Below are positions 1-9,110 of a DNA stretch of 36,917 nucleotides, piece by piece. The stretch covers positions 1-36,917 of the forward strand of contig CAJVPI010000281.1 of the NCBI GenBank assembly GCA_910592345.1. Reading direction: 5' to 3'. The DNA comes from Paraglomus brasilianum. Lineage: Eukaryota. The first letter of the stretch is position 1. Each line of letters begins with the position of its first letter. Position numbers and translations under genes: made by a program. Under the pieces are notes generated by a model. It was not told the DNA's origin and made no database searches. It saw nothing but the letters and a program-made list of their open reading frames with translations.

Positions 1-929
1 GGTAGTATTTTGACTGCGGAGGAAGATTTTATCACATGACTTCATCGACTGATTCATCAGACCGACTCGTCGTAACATAACGAATCTCACGAAATGGATT
101 TTTTCAGTGAAATGGAGAGTTTGTTATAACAAGCTCTGATTGTACTCCCATATACTTTTTTTCATGACATGTTAAACATTCACCTGTAAGGTTCTACGAA
201 CTCCGTTACCATTTTTTCATCCATGGTTTGTGTAGGTTGTAAAGCCTGGCGTATGTACTTTGGAAAATAGAGATAGAGATTAGTAAACTAACCAATTTTA
301 TCGTTATATTCTAAAGGTTCTAAAGCCTACTTGTTATCTCCATATAAAGATAGGAATCGTGTTTCATTTTGATTATCAAATACTTGTGTTACAGTAGCAC
401 GTGTTATTAATCATATCATGCTTTGATTTATTGATTTAAATATCACTGCAAGTCGAAAATAAAAAAATGTCGAAACGTCAACAAAGTGCTAGTTAGATAC
501 CGATATTAATATTGTTGATTTTTAATTTGTTATCTAATAATAAAAAATAACAGAATTACAATGATCAGTCACATGACTAATATAAGTCTCCCTTCTATAC
601 AGTCACACTCACAGGTTTTATCTGGTCCCAACTGTGTGACTATAGGGGATATCATCATTATGTCATTATGACGAAATTAATTTATTATAGTCAATAATTC
701 CGACTTTTTTTCCCCGACACTGTGGTAATAGGGAATGTTAATACTAATACTTCAGACACTCTTTTATACACTAGTCCAGGTTAGTCATCTGTGTTAGTTA
801 TACTTAACGATGATTTGATGAATGGCCACTCCGTATGCAGACTCCAGTGATGAATAATTCATTTATCTAAATCAGCCACTTTTTGCCTAGATTCTAAGAA
901 GCGGGACTGATACATGACTTCTACAATAT

Positions 930-1286
930 ATTTGTTGTATGGAATGTCATTATGTGAATACCAGATTTACAGGAAAATGTAAAAAAGAAAGGTACGGAGA
1001 TAGCGGTAAAAATTTACTTAATATTAACGTTAATTATGATGAGGAATCGTTATGAGTTATGGGAATACAATGCAATCGGAAGACTGAAACGTACAATAAA
1101 AAGATTCAAGCGTGTATAAAGATACAAAGAAAAATCGTGGAATGGATTTACCGTCCTGATGGATTCAATGCTCAGAAGCTCGCCTTACACTATGCATGTT
1201 TACAAAATATTAGAGCGCCGTACGGCTCAGAAATGCGCTGTGGGTACCACTTCAGATTAGCAACGTACCTATTTAACGTAACGTAA
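930..1286 (+). pseudogene. Decayed intronless ORF of unknown function, convergent with the packaging ATPase relic
   Basis: The frame of ORF 1059..1286 extends upstream through one in-frame TGA (…CCMECHYVNTRFTGKCKKERYGDSGKNLLNINVNYDEESL*VMGIQCNRK…EWIYRPDGFNAQKLALHY…). Its stop lies 7 bp from the ATPase stop at 1294. The start is approximate. Confidence 0.35.
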
Positions 1287-1293
1287 ATTTATT

Positions 1294-1659
1294 CTATGTG
1301 TCTAATTTCAAAGGCGTGTCCCAACCCAAACGAATATAGAGCGGATCCTCTTTTGCTCTAGTCAAGTCAATTACAATAACTGCTGACCTTGCAAATTTTA
1401 TCGATTATATCAACCGCGTTACGCCATTTTTTTGTATACCGCCGCCTTACAATATCAATCAGTTCATCGTATGTCTCCGCTCCGTTAAAGAGCACAATAT
1501 AATCTAAATTTTTTCTTATTAATTCGGACAGTCGAAAAAGCTTTGAGTTACGTAGATTGAACTGATGTTGGAATGGCGCCCCTCTGTGAAGTAAGGGTGA
1601 TTTGTTTCTTGTATTTTTTTAGGCTCACTACATAAATCTTCGAATATAACTACCGTCTG
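1294..1659 (-). pseudogene. Polinton/Maverick-type (A32/FtsK-like) DNA-packaging ATPase, C-terminal half, frameshifted
   Basis: Manual translation: [45 protein letters not shown]/(frameshift ~1523)/[42 protein letters not shown]/(frameshift)/VIVIDLTRAKEDPLYIRLGWDTPLKLDT*. A Walker B-like hhhhED is followed by GRH-x-N-h-S-x-h-h-x-x-Q and IR-x-N-x-x-Y, the motif order of A32-like packaging ATPases. Walker A is missing. Confidence 0.8.
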
Positions 1660-1840
1660 TCTAGTTCAGGAAAGTCTGCTTCAACAGGATTTAGTTCGTT
1701 TGCTCCATAGAAGGATTCCAGAAGCACATCCCAATCGGTATTTCCTTTCGTTTTTTCAAGGAAGTAGAGGCCGATCCACAATATGCCGGTCAATACGTGG
1801 AATAACAATTATGGATCCGACTTCAAAGTTTCGATCAATT
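1660..1840 (-). mobile_element. Relic of the C-terminal region of a retroviral-type/Ginger-like (KRBA2/SCAND3-like) integrase
   Basis: Frameshifted translation RNFEVGSIIVIPRIDRHIVDRPLLP…KYRLGCASGIL…[17 protein letters not shown] resembles the F-x-VG…IP-x-x-DR…Y-x-LG…G-IL…Y…EL pattern found after the rve core in these integrases. No catalytic core is visible. Confidence 0.55.
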
Positions 1841-1846
1841 GATTTA

Positions 1847-2230
1847 TTCTTGTAAAAAATGCTTTGAGTTACTGAATGCGCTAGGGTGGTTCTTTTATTG
1901 GTACGGCAATGCAAATACATGCCTCAGCACATCATTGTGGAAATATGTTTGAACGACTGAATACGTTAAGATGGTTCTTCTGTTGGTACGAAGATGCAAA
2001 CTTGAATAGAATACGATTGTATCAAATGGCGTAATAAACGTGGCTCGATATGTTCTTGTAAAAATGCTCTGACATATCATTGTGAAAATATGCTTTGAGT
2101 TACTAAATACGTTAGAGATTATTCTTCCATTGGGTGTAATGATAAAATACTCCGACATTTTATTATAAAAAATGCAATTCAAGGGACATATCAATTGAAG
2201 AAATATGCTTTGATTTACTAAATACGTTAG
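1847..2230. repeat. Four degenerate direct repeats with core AAATATGCTTTGAGTTACTAAATACGTTAG
   Basis: Copies start near 1855, 1941, 2086 and 2201. The flanks are partly shared (atcattgtg upstream; ttctt..ttggtacg downstream) and the spacing is irregular. Confidence 0.7.
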
Positions 2231-2724
2231 TTTGTTAGTGAGGCCGCAAATATCACTTAGTCTAAACAAATTGGTTTAAGCCTAATACTAAGTGCGCTTA
2301 TCAACTGTTAGCGTTCGAACAACCAATGGTACGACAGGAAATTTCCCAGCCTCGGCTGATTAATTCCTAAATACGGATAGATCGTGTGAATTAACAAATC
2401 TGGCAGTATAGTGTGCTGTCGTTTGATAATCAACTATATTGTCGTATCACTCAACATTGTTGAGGATTGAAACATTAAAGAGTTGAATCTCTATGCTACG
2501 ATGTATCATTAGACAATTTGCCTCTTTCGACAATGACAACGAATAGTCTTGATTATATCATCATAAGTTGAATCACTAATACAACAGATATCACACAATA
2601 TATCGTCATCGTATGATGCGTTCTTCAATCATTTGGCTATCAAGCAATTTAAATTGCTTTATTCAACAACACAAAAAATACATAGAACGTAAAGGGAAAG
2701 GAGAATAACGAATAAAAGTGTAGT

Positions 2725-2928
2725 TCAATATAATAAATTTTTGAAAATTGAACTTAAAAGAGCCCTGTTAATCAGATAATCGATGTGATTATTATCATCA
2801 TATCCGAGGGGTGCTAAATTTGTCTGCCACAAATTATATACAACATATACAATGGAAAAAGTTGTTATTGAAAGAAGAAATGTAATAGTAAATTTGGCAT
2901 AGACGTACAATATAAGTTGGTTATTCAT
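2725..2928 (-). CDS. Possible small single-pass membrane protein (67 aa)
   Basis: ATG in an A-rich context (cttaaaatATG) and a hydrophobic stretch FTITFLLSITTFSIVYVVYNLW. Intronless and next to the virus-like relics. No homology recognised. Confidence 0.2.
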   Translation of the reverse strand: MNNQLILYVYAKFTITFLLSITTFSIVYVVYNLWQTNLAPLGYDDNNHIDYLINRALLSSIFKNLLY

Positions 2929-3352
2929 ATTTTAAGTACGAAAATATTATAAGTTACCGAAGGAAAGAAATGTTTATTATGTAGTAATATAAAGAGAAGT
3001 GCAAATACTTTATTTTAGTGTAGGGGGTTTGCACTTGCACGTACTCTTGCGTCATCCGGGTTCGCCGGTTACTAAAGTGTACGATATAAATTGGCCATTT
3101 TAAAAAGAAAGAATTGTTAATTATGTTTATTCGTACAGTAAAACATAGGTTAGTGTTAGTGTTAGTGTTTGTTTGTTATTATTCACTAATACTAATAATA
3201 ATAACGATGATAATCTGGATAGAAAATAATATAGTTGGACAATTGTCTAAATTCGGTAAAGTCTATGTGAAATATTATCGGATTAGGTTTTTATTTTCCG
3301 CCAATAACTAATGATATGTATGTGATACGTGGTACGGTACAATGATCAGCGA

Positions 3353-3440
3353 ATTCGAGGAGTCTTACACTTCATTGCACCACCAGAAGTCTTCCACACT
3401 TGCAAATTTACTCAGAAATCAGACATGTACTGTATTCTTT
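3353..3440 (+). pseudogene. Isolated TKL kinase fragment (subdomains VIII-IX)
   Basis: Translates IRGVLHFIAPPEVFHTCKFTQKSDMY, nearly the same as IRGVLPFIAPEVFHTCKFTQKSDVYSF in the kinase at 13131-15764. It ends 8 bp before the left inverted arm. Confidence 0.85.
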
Positions 3441-3662
3441 GAGTCTTACAGTTCTGGAATTTGACCTTGACTCCTGAGTTGTACACCCGGTGTACCGAGC
3501 TATAAAAGCTATTATGTTATTAATACCCCTTCCCCGTATTACATAAATTCTTGGCACTTGGAGCTATTTTTATCTTTATCAAGTGAGACAATGAATGCAC
3601 ACATGGCTTTTGAGTGTAACATTATTAAAATCCAAACGAGACAATGCAATTGATAGTCAATT

Positions 3663-3960
3663 AATCTATCCTGCCCAAATAGGTTTGTATGGTGGTTCTA
3701 AGCTAATTGATTGTGCTTTTCGAAAAATAACAACGATAAAATCATATATACTAATTATAGTTATAAGCAGTAGCTCGATGAAGTGTGAGTATATGTGTTA
3801 CACATATCATATATTTTAAATCGTAATTTAAAGACAGTACTTAACTTGCTACAGCTTTATATAAAATTTCATCATCGTTATTTTCGAAAGCACAATTAAT
3901 TAGCTTTAGAACCATACAAAAACCATTGCAGTTCGTATAGCACAAGGGGCAGGATAGATT
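3663..3960. mobile_element. MITE-like element with long imperfect TIRs inside the left arm
   Basis: Termini AATCTATCCTGCCC (3663-3676) and GGGCAGGATAGATT (3947-3960). Inverted similarity continues inward (…gctaattgattgtgcttttcgaaaaataac / gttattttcgaaagcacaattaattagc…). No coding capacity. Confidence 0.7.
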
Positions 3961-4109
3961 TTTGAAAAGAGACTTTTCTTAAGTTTACTAGTACAATTTT
4001 GTGTTTGTTTAATTGTTATGATGTGATGTTGTGTGAGGACCGTGGGGTTACATAATATTCTGCCTAACAAATAAGAAGGCACAGCAAAGTTTCAACCGTC
4101 AATCTGTTA

Positions 4110-4263
4110 CAGTCAACTGCCTCCTATAATTCGACCGCTTGCGTTCCGAGGTTATCGATCGAATTAACGTACAAGTCGAATTATCGTCCGTTAATTACAA
4201 TAGAATAATAATAAATGTCAAAAGTGTTCTGTAACCAGCGGTCGAATTATCGGCAGTTGACTG
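4110..4263. mobile_element. Tc1/mariner(pogo)-type MITE, 154 bp, TA target duplication
   Basis: TA|CAGTCAACTGCC…ATAATTCGACCGCT … AGCGGTCGAATTATCGGCAGTTGACTG|TA, with TA at 4108-4109 and 4264-4265. It is absent from the right arm. Confidence 0.85.
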
Positions 4264-4626
4264 TAGTATATTTACTGATGGGTGACCCTTGATTTGCTGT
4301 GCTTGTTTATGTATCAATAAATTGTGTACCACAAATACATAAAGTTTTCTAAAATCTCCTCACAGTATGGTTTAAAGGAGTTTATTTACCGAGCGAAAAC
4401 CTAATACAGTAGTACATGGGGTTTTTTTTTAAATTGATAAGATATGTAGCAAAGATGTCACAAAAACTTAATAAGAACAACTTGATTCGTTCTAATTAAT
4501 GAAAGTTTGATACATCCATCACTCTGAAGCATTCTGTTCAAATCATTTATTTCATCTTGATAACCTTTTTATCAAATTTTTTCTACAATTGTACTGTTAC
4601 TGTGTTTAAAAATCTCCCTTCAAATC

Positions 4627-6110
4627 ATGTCCGTAATTTCAAGAACCCATAATTATAATCCAGTAATTAACGACTTCGTTGTAGCAAGCGAGCGGGAACT
4701 TAAATGGTTTTTGTGCTCGGAATTTAACATGACGCCAAGTAACGTCGACATTGTCTGTGATGCTGTTCATACACAAACGTTGTGTACGAGAGAGGTTGTT
4801 GAAACGAGGATGGTGTTGATATTAATGGGAAATGATGAAACGTGTACACAGTTTTTGAGTGAATTTGCCAGAATGTGCTCGCTTCCAACGCATTTGCACA
4901 CTCACACGAATAACGGCGATCAATATAGAAGATATTCAACATGGATCGACAGCCAAAACTACTTCATAAAAGGGTTCACCAAGTCTGATAATAACTATTA
5001 CACAGTTGCTGATATACGCTTTCGGGATTGTTTTATTCGATATGGGTTCTGCTCCGCATGTGGCATACTTCGATGTAGTCCCGTGTGGTGCATTTGCGGG
5101 CATAAACAATTATCCGATGGATGGACTAGCAACAATGAGCAACTCGATGAGTTGATTAAGAAGTCTCAATTACAAACGAACTCAGCAAATGATGCCTATT
5201 TGGAATGGATTCCATTCGATTGTATTGAAGATGGACAATTCTTGAATGGTCCACCTACTTCTTATTGTCAAGTAGAACTAATTCCGCTCGATATAACAGA
5301 TGAGACAAGTAGTTCATATTATGATAAGGTAATTATTCAATTGAACTATATCATGTCAATCGATTGTCTTGATACGTTATTGACCTGAAAACTTAACGTT
5401 TATAGTTATGTGATGAGCATCCGGATATTCTTTGCACGAATGTTTGGCTTACGGTCGGCTTTACTTACAATGAAAGTGAACAGAAGTATTATCTAATTAA
5501 AGTTGAAGATGGTTTATGTCTAGCGTGTATACATCCGTTATCACCTAGTACAAATGCATTCTGTTACCAGTGTAAAGCGCCAACACCTCCCGATTGGACT
5601 ACGGGCAACGAATCTTTGGATTCATTTATTATGAAATCTTGGCATAGTATGGAGAATGCATACGATGCATATCTACGATGGATTGAGTGTTCTCGATTGA
5701 TAAATGTGCAGGCCATGACATTGTTGTCCCATGGATGCACGCATGCAGGGTACTATTTAAACCCAGCAACAAATGAATTTATAAAAGTGACGCTCAAGAA
5801 GATAGTTGCGGCGGCACAAGATGCTCAGTCATTTAATTTTAATGAGGTAAATTATTTCACGTCTAAACAATGTAAATAATATTCGTAACTTTACGTGTGT
5901 TTTGCGCGTGTTAATTAATGCATACTTGTAACATTATGTCATTTGCTGAAATAGCTAATTAAACAATATCCAAAGATATTAACGCCCGAAAATATTTGGA
6001 TTCTTGGTATCACCCAAGAGTCATCCACCCGAGAGTATTATTTGGTATTCTACCACGACATTCATGTCCTATTGGACAGATTTATGGGAACCAGTTTTTA
6101 TAGTTTATAA
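4627..6110 (+). CDS. Kinase-less paralogue of the downstream TKL kinase (N-terminal modules only), 3 exons, ~432 aa
   Basis: join(4627..5328,5406..5846,5955..6110) with GT-AG introns at the same positions and phase as in the 13131-15764 gene; exon 2 is 441 nt in both. Homology ends at …YHDIHVLLDRF (~6083), followed by MGTSFYSL*, just before the kinase domain would begin. Confidence 0.75.
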
Positions 6111-6261
6111 TACCTTTCTCCGGACAAGACATTGTACATTTGTGCAGGAAAACGTTTCTCTTTTTAAAGGCAGTAAATTCAACCCAGTTCCGGTCGGTAG
6201 AGTATTTAGATCCGTAACTTTGTACAGATGCTTGCCCTAGTTAGAAAATTCAGGGTTTATA

Positions 6262-6338
6262 AGCAATGAATTTTAACTCTGAATCGTTCGAATAAGAAGT
6301 TTTCAAGTACAAAGCATTCTCAACACTAATAACCGATG
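6262..6338 (-). pseudogene. Relic of the 5' end/start region of another member of the same kinase family
   Basis: gaatcgttcgaataagaagttttca…aaccgatg at 6281-6338 matches gcatcgtttgaataagaagttttcacaaaaccgatg at 15761-15796, which spans the ATG of the intact kinase. Here the ATG reads ATT. Confidence 0.5.
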
Positions 6339-6779
6339 CGTGTGTGTAATGTTTAACTTCTTTTCACTTCCCCTACCATGTTTAGTAGGTATTTTGCCAA
6401 TACCTCCCTCACCCCTACCAAAACTGGTTAATTGACAAAAGAAGACGGACACGACACGAATTATGTTTAAACCAAATATTAATATGATAGCTGAGACCGT
6501 GAAGCCAAAGTTCTCGTACCAGTACCACCTCTCGTTGGAGGGGAAGACACTGCACTAGTAGATAATCAACCGCTCAAGTCGTTACAAGCGTGTCTTGGGG
6601 CGGAGCTATACCATGCAAATTGGCCGTGATGATCGCATTGCCCAGAATATTCCGTTCTAGGCCACGGTTTGCGGAGAGTGATCCAACAATCACAATTGAG
6701 TACCGCGTTCCTTCAATCCACTAACGTGAGTGCAGTTATAACAGCCGGGTTTCGTGTCATGGCATATCTATGGGAGGCA

Positions 6780-7586
6780 TCTGGGAAGGTATGGAAGAGT
6801 TCCTTGAATGTTTGAATGACTTTTTTGTTGTAAAATAAGGTCCGACAAGCCAAGTCTGTTATCTTTGCCACGCCGGCATGAATCAATATATTATGTAAAG
6901 ACTAATAACAGAGTTGTATGAATATTCAACACAATATAACACTATAAAACTACTGTATGAGCAGCATTGATAGTTACCAGATCTTTATGCAATATATCAA
7001 GTTCGAAGATATCGTAGTCCGTCAATGATATTGATACCAAGCTTACATCTCGTAAGCCAGTTCAATTCAACTGATGTGTCTGATAAATAACGTCGCAATG
7101 AACCGCCATCAGCATATTCAAAGACCATGACAAATTTCTTTTCCGAATCTTTTAATTGAAAGAACGGAAGACTCTGTTAATGTCATAATCATAGTTATGC
7201 CGTACCTAAACCCACTCAATGCTTACCCTCACTCACTCCGAGGAAGTTAAGATGGTCATCAACCTTGCGATGGATCTTAAGCTAAAGCATAGCCGTGTGG
7301 TGTAAGTAAACAATAAATTCAAATTTAAATTGTCGTCATAAACACCAACCTCTTTGATAAAGTCTCATCTTAATTTGGTGAAAGAAGAAGCTTGTATGCG
7401 ACCGTTCTACCAAGTGTCTTTGCTTTTGCTTTGAAAACTACTCCATATCCTCCGCTGCCGATGCACACTGGGTCAATAAAGTCTTTGAAAGAATAAAGCC
7501 GTGCTTCCGTCTTCCTTAACCATTCCTTATCTGAGACAATCGAAGCCTGTTTGTTGCTGTTTGCTGTTGATAATTCGAAAAGTCTA
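6780..7586 (-). pseudogene. TKL kinase pseudogene of a different subfamily, truncated after subdomain VIII
   Basis: Exon relics: KEWLRKTEARLYSFKDFIDPVCIGSGGYGVVFKAKAKTLGRTVAYKLLLSPN* (stop 7370-7372), DFIKE|LKIHRKVDDHLNFLGVSE|DSEKKFVMVFEYADGGSLRRYLSDTSVELNWLTRCKLGINIIDGLRYL/…ILHKDL|…HNILIHAGVAKITD/GLS…QGTLPY. It carries an in-frame stop and several frameshifts. Confidence 0.85.
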
Positions 7587-8004
7587 TGAGTAGTGTGTAT
7601 TTACGTACATTCCTGAATTATTCGATATAGTTTTGAACCACTAATCCCTATATCGGAAAAGGATAATCGATTCTTGTCCTTCGATTATCTGAGTAGCGAA
7701 CTAAGATATTTAATTGTTGAGTATAACGCGTTAATAATTAAGTGTATTTTATAACGGACAGACTGTCGAAAGAATCCATCGGCAGATAGTCGTTACTAAT
7801 TATCTCGAGAGCAATTATCTATCTAGGATTTAGTGTCACGATCCGGCAATCGGAAGTGTCGTCAGTGTAAAAGCCTAAACGAAAGGTACTGTCAGTCTGG
7901 TTAAACTTATAGTAGGAGGCGCTACGCTCCGAGTCGAAGAAAGTTAAATCCTTACGAGTCACGTGTCATTCCGCTCTCCCGTGACATTTGCCTTGGCAAT
8001 TTGA

Positions 8005-8858
8005 TCAGAGTGATGGTAGAACGAATAAAGTTGTTCTTATTAAGTTTTGTTTATGACATCTTTGCTACATATATTATCAATTTAAAAAAAAAAAAAACAA
8101 CAACAAAGAACAAACTATGTACTACTTACTTTAGGTTTTCGCTTCGGCAGATAAAACATATTGTTAATAAAAGCTCATAATACCAAAATTACGTCATACG
8201 AACGAGGTCATCTTATTTGTTAGGCGAAATATTATGAGGGTAACCCCACGGTCCTCACACAACATCACATATAACAATTAAACAAACACAAAATTGTACT
8301 AGTAAACTTAAGAAAAGTCTCTCTTTTCAAAAATCTATCCTGCCCCTTGTACTATACAAACTGCAATGGTTTTTGTATGGTTCTAAAGTTAATTAATTGT
8401 GCTTTCGAAAATAATAATGATAAAATTTCATATAAAGCTGTAACAAGTTTAAGAACTGTCTTTAAATTACGATTTGAAATATATGATTATATACGTATGT
8501 GTAACACATATACTCACACTTCATCGAGCTACTACAACTGCTTTATAACTATAATTAGTATATATAATTTCATCGTTATTTTTTTTCGAAAAGCACAATC
8601 AATTAGCTTTAGAACCATACAAACCTATTTGGGCAGGATAGATTAATTGACTATCAATTGCATTGTCTCGTTTGGATAATGTTACACTCAAAAGCCATGT
8701 ATGCATTCATTGTCTCACTTGATAAAGATAAAACAGTGAATTTATGTAATACGGGGAAGGGGTATTAATAACATGCTAGCTTTTATAGCTCGGTACACCC
8801 GGTATTCGTACACCTCAGCTCAGGAGTCAAAGTTAAATAGGTCTAATTCCAGAACGGG
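8005..8858 (-). repeat. Right arm of the long inverted repeat (partner 3449-4527)
   Basis: Reverse complement of the left arm with scattered indels. The outer end on the - strand reads TA|CCCGTTCTGGAATTAGACC (TA at 8859-8860). Confidence 0.9.
8332..8644. mobile_element. Second copy of the AATCTATCCTGCCC-terminated MITE-like element
   Basis: Termini AATCTATCCTGCCC (8332-8345) and GGGCAGGATAGATT (8631-8644), at the same position within the arm as the 3663-3960 copy. Confidence 0.7.
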
Positions 8859-8973
8859 TATTTACTATTGGTACGGCATTCTAATTTGTTCTTGTGCTAA
8901 TCACTTTCAAAAGCATGATCATAAATAACAAACAGATATTTTTTTTATCCCAGAATAATTAACAATTACGCGA

Positions 8974-9005
8974 GGGGCGCAGCCCCAAAAAAGACAATAT
9001 TCTAG
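8974..9005 (+). mobile_element. Possible Helitron 3' terminus
   Basis: GC hairpin GGGGC-GCA-GCCCC (8974-8986), a 15-nt spacer, then CTAG (9002-9005) followed by T. The stem is short and no 5' end was identified. Confidence 0.25.
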
Positions 9006-9110
9006 TTGATAAGAAAAGCTAATGCTAAAACGGTGTAATAGCCAAAAAATAAAAATAAAGGAAAGAGGACGCACTGACGCACAATACTTTTTTATACGAA
9101 TTAAACAAAA

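Larger units (their letters stand above)
3449..4527 (+). repeat. Left arm of a long imperfect inverted repeat (partner 8005-8858)
   Basis: 3451-4077 aligns by eye with the reverse complement of 8211-8855, ~4380-4494 with 8017-8156, and CCATCACTCTGA at 4516-4527 with 8005-8016. The outer end reads TA|CAGTTCTGGAATTTGACC. Confidence 0.9.

Noticed and set aside
1..420. Possible minus-strand two-exon gene relic
   Set aside because: A plausible intron is present, but all frames contain stops and no motif is recognisable.
1847..2230. CRISPR-like array
   Set aside because: The repeats are too divergent, spacing is irregular (~85-145 bp), there are no cas genes and the context is eukaryotic.
3149..3170. 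(TTAGTG)3 telomere-like run
   Set aside because: Only three units, not TTAGGG, and internal; treated as a microsatellite.
3595..3819. ORF 3595..3819 and its counterpart 8347..8646
   Set aside because: Both lie in the inverted arms/MITE and the frames are not conserved between the two copies.
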